Assembly: GCA_964016885.1 (NCBI GenBank)
Contig: OZ024742.1
Coordinates: forward strand, 354,392,001-354,456,000
DNA: 64,000 bases
Direction: 5' to 3'
Origin: Eledone cirrhosa
Lineage: Eukaryota
In this document: in pieces, positions 55,462 to 64,000 of the stretch
Layout: each line of letters opens with the position of its first letter
Position numbering within the stretch: position 1 is the first letter of the stretch
The notes under the pieces: generated by a model
Told to the model about the DNA's origin: nothing
What the model saw: the letters and a program-made list of their open reading frames with translations, nothing else
Databases searched by the model: none
Made by a program: the position numbers and the translations under genes

Positions 55462-58400
55462 CTAAGCCTCTGGATAAACAACATTCTTGGTTTTGCCCTG
55501 TGGTGCCACAATGAAGAGAAAATCAAGGTTCCCAACCTTTGTTGTGCCAACATAGAGTTGACCATGCGAAAAGACAGGATCTGCCAGAATCAACCCAATG
55601 ACTTTCAATGATTGCCCTTGAGATTTATTAATGGTCATGACAAAACTGCTCGGAAATTGAAGTCTTTGAAATTCAAATGGCAAATCAGTTGGCTTCAGGG
55701 ATATTCTGGGAATGAAAAAATTGTCACCAGCAAATGTTACTGGCATGATTGAAACTTCTAGAACATTGGACATCATACTTCTGATGACGAGACTTGTGCC
55801 ATTACAAAGTTTTGGAGGATCCAGATTGCGAAGTAGCATAACCGATGCTCCAAGCTTCAGTATTAGGTTGTGTGAGGAATTCCCGCTTGTTCAAGACTGT
55901 TCAAAAATTCAGTTGGGCAGTTGCAACATTGTCTTGAGAAGTGATTCTGTCAACTGATTTGTAGCATATTTTCTCTCTCGGTAACATCTCCAGCAGCCTT
56001 CTGTTGATTTCTTTCACAGCAACATTTTTAGGTGCTAAGATTGCTCGTTCACAGAGCCATTTCGGATCACATTGCCTGGTCTGAATGTTTGGAAACACTC
56101 TGGCAATCATTTCTTGTTCTGTGTCAAGGATATGGCTAAATGACAACTGAATATGGAAATTGGAATCCTTTTCAAGAAGTCCATTTCCCAATTTAAGTAG
56201 TTGGATGACAAACACCCTGACACCTTCGTCATCAGTTAAGTGCACTCGCTTGTTGGTTGTAAGGCTCAGCAGCTGAAAGTGGGGCCAGAGATAGGATGTT
56301 TTCAGACAGGCATTGACCTGATCAGCTCGAGTCCCTCGAAGAATTACAGGCAGAGTTTGTCTGAAATGACCAGCAAGAACCATTGTCACTCATCCCATTA
56401 TGTAACTATTTTCTCACAGATCCCTTATCGTCCGGTCCAAAGCTTCAATTGCTACTTTATGGCTCATAGATTATTCATCCCAAATTATCATCGTGCATGT
56501 GTGCAGAAGCTTGCCCTTGGATGAGTTCTTCTTGATGTTGCAAAAAGATTGTTCATGCCATGTGAGATCTATGGGCAGCTTAAACATGCAGTGTGCAGTT
56601 CTTTCTCCATCCAGAAGTGTTGCTGCAACGTCACTTGAAGCCACAGCAAGGGCAATATGCTGCTTCTGGCGAACTTTTGCAAGCAGGAGGTTTATGAGGA
56701 ATGTCTTGCCTGTGCCAGCAGAAACATCGATGAAGAAAAGTCCTCGCCTGTCATTGAATGTTTTCGATGATGTTGAGGTAGGCGTATTTCTGGTCATCCA
56801 TCAATCGAGGTTCATTTTCATCCATAAACTTACGCAATGCTTGAATATCGTAGTTTGTCGCCTGAAAAATGTTTTGTGCTACCTCCATTTCTTGATCTGG
56901 CTCTTGCATCCCGCAGTTAGCTAATGTGCTATTCATTGCCTGAACTAGATGGGACAGGTTACAGAGAGCCTGGGAGTATATTCCATATACATAGTACCAT
57001 GATGACTTCGAGATAGGTGTAGATAGTCGTCCGACATATTGTTTTCGTACTCCTGCCAGAGTAAATGAACTTCATCAATTCCACATACTGTGAGCATAAT
57101 AGCAAATACTTGTCTTATTTGATTGGCTACTTGAGTGATTGCTGCTTCTTTTAGGCACTTCTTCCAGTGTCCATTGTCATGCAGGAGTACATGCTGTTTA
57201 TATGCTTCTTGGTATGATGCGCACTCCCTTCCTCTGAAGCACCTAAGCTCCTCAAATGACGTTGGTCCACGAAAAGTATGCAGCAGTAGCTGTAAATAAA
57301 AACATTCTCTGCTGTTGGGATGGAAATTGTAAACACGCCGAATAGCATCGCTTGACTTGACTTCACGACCTTCCACTAAATGACCTTGCTTTCTTCGATT
57401 CCAGGTCTTGCAATTGGTCCAGGTGTAGTATGTTGGGACTTCAGCATATCGGAGGGATCGAGCAAATTCATCATTCTGGCAGAGTTTAAAGAAAGCAGTT
57501 AGTGTAGTGTCATGTGATGCTTGTGCCAACTGATGAGCAGTGATCTCAGTGAAGTACACTATCTGTCCATTTTCCAGATGGACTGCGAGGTTGACCACTG
57601 TTGCGTGGCGTTGATGTATATCAAATCCAACGATTCGCAAGATAGCTTCATTGATGGAGATGTATCGACCTATTTGATACCGTTTGACCTCATCTAGCCC
57701 AACATCATTGAGTTCTTTGTCAGTAATAAAGGTAGCCATGTCACTGCCCTTGTTGATATATTTTGTGACATATATGATTGCCTTGACGGAGCTGCAATAC
57801 TCAACGTTGATATGAGCTTTTAAAAGTTTACACAACAATTTGTTGTGTGGGACGACCCACTGATTGCCTATGGTCAGCTCCTCTCCTCAAACTGTTAGGC
57901 TTGCAGTATTGCCTCCATGTTCTGGTCTAGGCCTACGATAAAGGGGGTATCCATTATTGTCAGTCCGAGTTTCCCGAATAAAAGCTCTAGCATAATATAT
58001 GTTGCATTTTTTATCTGTCATGCAGGGAGAGGCTGGATTGATGACTCCACATGGACTATGAAGGGTCCATGTGGAGTCATCAATACAGCCTCTGAGTTTG
58101 GACTTGATGGTTTCAAAGAGCTCTGGATCACCACCTTTATCAGGCAACTCTGCTGAAATGATCTTATCAACATTATCTGGTCTTATCTTCTCCTTACACC
58201 AGATTAGTGTGTGAGAGTGAGGAAGAGCTCTCTTCTGCCACTCAATAGTGGTCATGCAAACACTAAGCTCACCAAAGGTTCTTCCTTCTTTTAGGAGCCA
58301 GATGAGTTTTTTTTGCTTTTCATATAAAACCCGAGAATTGAGGTCATGTCGATCCTTTGGTTTTTTGATTTTGAAATAATTCATTTGATATTGCTGACCA

Positions 58401-59890
58401 GTTTGAATTGCATGTAAATGTAATGAAGAGATCTGGCCAACCAAATTTTCTGACAAGCCATTGCATCTTGCGTACGTTCATGCATGCAATTTGGTGCTGC
58501 AGTGAAGCTTGATGGTAGTATGATTGGCTGACCAATATTTCTTGGGTCAACATCAGAATTGATGGCATCTCTAAGGTGGACATAATTATCTGCCCTCAAC
58601 TTAGTTTGATTCCTTCGCAGAAAACCCAATCTTTCTGTTTCAATCTTGGCATACATGTTCACCATGAACCGGCTGGTTATTTATTTGAATGGCAGAACTT
58701 GGTTGAAGTGATCACGTGCCATGAAAGGTTAAGCATGGAATTCTTTGCAGCTCATTGATCGGCCAGTTTCTTGTCCCGTTCCTGGGCAGACCTGCCGTAG
58801 CTGAAAATGATATCCATCTTGACCATTCCAAAAGATGAGCGGCTATTGGAGTGAATCATAGGCTCCACGAGTTTCACAAATTCGGTCCAAATGTCCACTT
58901 TGTTTTTGCAAAGCAATGTCACGTCGTTCATCAACCATTATGATTGCAGATTGGCAGTATCGGTAGAAGGTCGGACGCCATTCTTTCCAGCATAGTTACA
59001 TCCCTTTACGGTCTGAGTTCAAATCCCGCCGAGGTTAATTTTGCCTTTCATCCTTACAGGGTCGATAAAATAAAGTACCAGTAATGTACTAGGTATTCGA
59101 TGGCCTTGTGCCAAAAGTGGAAACAATTATTATTGCAACTTCATCAATGACAGGTGCATTGAATCTGCGTTCATGTTCTGGAGCTGGGCGTTTGTCTGCC
59201 CTAATGATGATGTTACGTTCTCTGGTGTTGTTCATATGCTGCAATGCATATTTATATACACTGACGTACATGTGATGTTGGTGAAGCATTTCTTGTAACT
59301 TTATGACTATGTAGAACTGCAATCCACCATGGACATTGGTACATCTTTGTTGTGCCTGTGTTTACACATGAAGTAAACCTGCACAAATGTGTGAGGCTCC
59401 TGTGAAAGTGGAAACAAGGCCACCCATTAAGTGGTAACACTGTCCCTGAATTTTATAAGTTGTACATAATCAAAAGTCAGTCATATTCCTGTCAGCCCCA
59501 AAAGATGTCATTTGAATGGCAGAATTATCTTTTATGATGTATTTATTGAATTGTCGGGCTTCTGGTGTATGCTGAAGGAGCAGATTCTTCAGAAATTCAG
59601 GAGTTTCTTGTATTGTGTTAGGGCTCACTTTGCCTTTTGTGCCTCATAAACTTGGTGTTTCTGCTGCCCAATCCTGGCACCACAATACTGGCAGCATTTG
59701 TTCATTTTCCCAATGTTGATTTGTGGATTACTGTTGTAGTCCGTTTGGAGGTCATAAGAAAAAGCACCCATCAGTCTGTTCATTTTACTTGTGGCTTGTT
59801 CTGGTGCTCGGGCAGTAGAACGATGTGCTTGATTAGCAATTCGTCTGGTTTGGTGCTGTTCCGTAATGTTGTTCTCGTATAGCACCAGTC
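55462..59890 (-). pseudogene. Helitron RepHel (HUH Rep plus Pif1 helicase), many frameshifts
   Basis: DLFITFTCN, EWQKRALPHSH and YVTKYINKG (Rep); AGTGKTFL, IIWDE, GHFRQTLPV, LLRNLDPPKLCNGT, TINKSQGQSL and FSHGQLYV (helicase). Confidence 0.93.
58949..59125 (+). mobile_element. full-length tRNA-derived SINE nested in the Helitron ORF, with TSD
   Basis: A box TGGCAGTATCGG, B box GAGTTCAAATCC and Meta-like GCCTTTCATCC..GGTCGATAAA..AGTACC. TSD ATTATGATTGCA (58937-58948) / ATTATTATTGCA (59126-59137). Confidence 0.88.
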
Positions 59891-59926
59891 ATGTGTTCCC
59901 TTTCATCCAAACGGTGTTTATTTATA

Positions 59927-60203
<277 letters not shown>

Positions 60204-60224
60204 ATATATATATATTGTTATACT

Positions 60225-60645
60225 TTGTTATACTTTGGGAGGGTCATGTTGCCAATAAGAATCACACGCACTAGTTTCTTTCACTTGAATTTATTATAAA
60301 TTAAATTTATAAATTTAGGAATTTATAAATTTCCGGTTGGTTGGTTGGTTACACAACCAGATGATTGTTCATATATTGTCAAAGTTCTTCAGTCACACAT
60401 TCTGAATCCTCAGTCACTGAAGAGGTTACAGAATGTGTGATGAACAACGATCTGGTTGTGGAACCAAGCAACAAACCGGAAATTTATAAATTCTTAAATT
60501 TATAAATTTAATTTTTAATAAATTCAAGTGAAACTGGTGGTGCGTGTGTTTATTATTGTCAATATGACCCTCCAAAAGTATAACAATATCGGTTTCAACA
60601 CATGTTTTCAGATAAAGAATCTTGATAAACACATTCAGAAACGAA
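60225..60645. mobile_element. inverted pair of PLE pLTRs (34535 family), hammerheads decayed
   Basis: Symmetry centre about 60405; CAGTCA-CTGAAGA-GGTTACAGAATGTGTGA at 60411. Confidence 0.75.
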
Positions 60646-61038
60646 ATATATGTATATATATGTATGTATGTATATATATATAACCATACATACATATATA
60701 TAAATATATTTCTTTTACATTTTGCTTCTTTCTCACATTTGGATTCATCTCGACAGGTTTTTTTCTAAGCGCTCATATATTCACCTAGCTTATGCTAACA
60801 GAATAACTATGTAGCTTGTTCCCTTCCGCTCTACGCTTTCCTCTTTGTTGTTTACTTGTCTCACTCGCTTTACGCGTTTTAATTGTCCTAATAACTTACA
60901 TTAGTTATTATTGCACCGACGTGAGGTATATGATTTTTAATGCAATGAAATATCTATGATCGTCGGCAAATCACTGATGAGGGAATCATTTTATAACATG
61001 TTATCCATGTGCAACCTGCAGTATTCTTCTCCCCATTT

Positions 61039-61181
<143 letters not shown>

Positions 61182-61856
61182 TGTGTATTGATGTGTGTGC
61201 ATGGGTGTGTGTCTCTGTGTGTTTACACACACATTACTTTCATACAATATGCACTTCACCGGTATTTGTCTTAAGTTAGCAATGTTTTTATTCATGTATT
61301 TATAGTCTTTTCAAACTCTAACCACATCACTTAATTATTTATAGTACAAATACCCATTTAAGTATATAGATAGCTTACACAAAAAACACCACCCAAACCT
61401 AGGCTAACCTACTTTCCTCATCTTCCTTCCGTTTTTTTTTTCTTTCGTCCGTCTCTGTCAAGCCACTGACCAGCAGAATAACCCCCTCCCCCCCCCCGCT
61501 AGTAGAGAAACACACTCTTTCTTCTCCCATCACGCTTAGTCCATAACCAGATCTACACCCCTACCAACCAGCGCCCCTGACAACTACCTAGTCATAATCA
61601 ACCTTCCTCCTCCTATCACACAGTTCAAAACACCCCTTATAGCAATACCTCTAATCAGAACAACAGAAACTGACGAATTTAAATGAATGTAAATCATTAC
61701 TGACATTCATATGAACTCTATAGTTTCATTCTGTCATTACCAAAGCAGCGGGCCGACAAGCACTTGGTTCCAGAATCAGGCCAGATTGATACAGATCGAA
61801 CTTTCAGCCGATCAATAGCGAAAGGTGCGTCACTTGTCATTAAACGTAATGAAGAC

Positions 61857-62052
<196 letters not shown>

Positions 62053-62061
62053 AGATCATAT

Positions 62062-62101
<40 letters not shown>

Positions 62102-62133
62102 AGATCAAAAGATGGTTAAAGGAGTTCAATATA

Positions 62134-62200
62134 CTTTATTATGCGCATTTCAAAAACAAACATCATCAAACAATAATATTTGTGTTTTCATCAGATAAAA
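62134..62200 (-). ncRNA. apparently intact type I hammerhead ribozyme
   Basis: TTTTAT-CTGATGA-AAACACAAATATTATT GTTT GATGATGTTTGTTTTT-GAAA-TGCGCA-TA-ATAAAG. Stem II pairs at 15 of 16 positions (including GU); stem III is the palindrome ATGCGCAT. Confidence 0.85.
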
Positions 62201-62299
62201 GAGGAGAACATGATATGAAGGCTAAAAAAAACACTTGTTGATAGTGCAGTTTTAAATCAACATATGAAAAGTGGTTTTAGATTGATGTGTGATATTGGG

Positions 62300-62725
62300 A
62301 AAAATATTTTATTTAGAGAGGGGGGGGGGAGAGAAAAGGATGAAAAGGGAAGGAGATGAGAGGGAGAGATGGGTGATAGAGAGAAAGAGATAGTTTTTAT
62401 AACTGAGAGGAGATATATTTTATATAGAGGGGTTGAAAACCGTTGGAAGATACTGTATAAATTAAAAATTTTGAAAATTAACGAAGGGAGGATATGTGCG
62501 AGGAAAAAATATATTATATTTAGGGAGGGGGGGTTGGAAAGGATGAAAAAAAGGGGAGGAGATGAGAGTGAAGGTGGAAAGGGAGAGATGGGTGATAGAG
62601 AGAAAGAGATAGTTTTTATAACTGAGAAAAAGATATAATGTTTTAATATAGAGAGGTTGGGAACCGTTGGAAGATAATGTATAAATTAAAGGAATTTGAA
62701 AATTAACGAAGGGAAATTATGTATG
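62300..62725 (+). repeat. ~220 bp purine-rich tandem duplication, probably a PLE 3' UTR on the minus strand
   Basis: GGAGAGATGGGTGATAGAGAGAAAGAGATAGTTTTTATAACTGAGA..AAATTAACGAAGGGA occurs twice. Confidence 0.75.
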
Positions 62726-62893
62726 AAGATAGAGAGAAAAAAATAATAATTGTGGGTGAATATTCTAACGTCAAAAGAAGAAATGTAGGAATCTTAAAAT
62801 TAGCAAAGAGAAAAAGTTTATGTGTAGAAGGATTTGATATCTTATCCGATATCTGCATTGCTTTATTGTACTACAATAAAACTCACCTCCTAC

Positions 62894-62942
<49 letters not shown>

Positions 62943-62951
62943 ATATATGTA

Positions 62952-63019
<68 letters not shown>

Positions 63020-63093
63020 TAGTAACACAACAGTAAGTTCACCATACCGGGAACAATTGTTTCAGCTTATGCGGATCTTCAGCTATTAATATA

Positions 63094-63305
<212 letters not shown>

Positions 63306-64000
63306 GGGTCTGTGGGTTTGCGCGCACCCATACTTGTACGAAGATGCGTGTGAGTATAATTTGACGTGAAATGTATGTCACCTTGTTAAATTGTTTGATA
63401 CTTTTTCTGTGTGGTAGCACACTTTTGCTTGTATTGGCTATGGTACAGTTTGTTGTAATGCTGATAACAATATCATGCAAACTATAAGAAGATTAAACAG
63501 AAATTATTCTATGTTGGAGCGGTTGATTGAAGCATATTTTGATATCAGTTAGATATATTTGATGATATTTCAGTATAACTTTTTTTTTCAGAATTCAGAT
63601 TTTAAAAAATATATTTGATATTGTTTCAATTCATTTTTTACATTTCTTTTGTCATTTTATTCCCAAGTGAAATGTGTGTGTTGTAAATATACCTGTTCAA
63701 ACATTTCATTCATTACATTAGAAAAATCTGATCCAAAGTTCAATAGGAAACAACGAAATAATAAAAATTATAGGAATAAATTATATGTTTCCCTCGCTTT
63801 TGCTGCAGAATATTTAAATTGTATATTAAAGTTGAAATGAAAAGGTAAGTTTGAAGAGAAAACAATAAGAAATTACAAGTGTAAGAGCAATGAAATGAAT
63901 TTGAATGAGAGAGGTATGTGAAAAATGTACATAGTATATAAATTATGCCTTTTAAATTTAATAATTTTATATTGAAAAAATATAATTTCATTCTTTGCAC

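Larger units (their letters stand above)
54435..59915 (-). mobile_element. decayed autonomous Helitron
   Basis: The 3' hairpin TACCCG..CGGGTA plus CTAG|T at 54435 is on the same strand as the RepHel remnants. The 5' end was not seen. Confidence 0.85.

Noticed and set aside
60945-60990. Possible type II hammerhead (GAAA-TATC-TA-TGAT..ATCA-CTGATGA)
   Set aside because: No convincing stem II; it could be chance in AT-rich DNA.
63580-63850. Possible host exon between a polypyrimidine-CAG acceptor and an AG/GTAAGT donor
   Set aside because: All three frames contain stops and no homology is recognisable.

Overview
AT-rich, microsatellite-dense eukaryotic (animal) DNA made almost entirely of transposable elements. 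The SINE type and the (TA)n/(TAA)n/(TACA)n landscape suggest a coleoid cephalopod such as an octopus; this is an inference. No host gene could be supported. Main contents: (1) At least six Penelope-like element (PLE) copies or fragments, including a near full-length Naiad-type element with direct pLTRs at 48965-52509, plus many non-coding inverted or tandem pLTR structures sitting in (TA)n. (2) About 25 hand-folded type I hammerhead ribozyme motifs in about 10 families. Most have palindromic stem III, several have long stem II inserts, and core variants recur (U4->C, U4->A, U10.1.U11.1). (3) A single (TTA)n tract expanded to about 16.5 kb (11415-27905) by six Dong/R4-type RLE retrotransposon insertions, one full-length Tx1/L1 element and one SINE. 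(4) R4-type elements in (TACA)n. (5) A decayed autonomous Helitron and non-autonomous Helitron ends. (6) RTE and CR1 fragments, one with an HDV-like ribozyme fold, and tRNA-derived SINEs. All RNA structures were folded by eye and need computational and biochemical confirmation.
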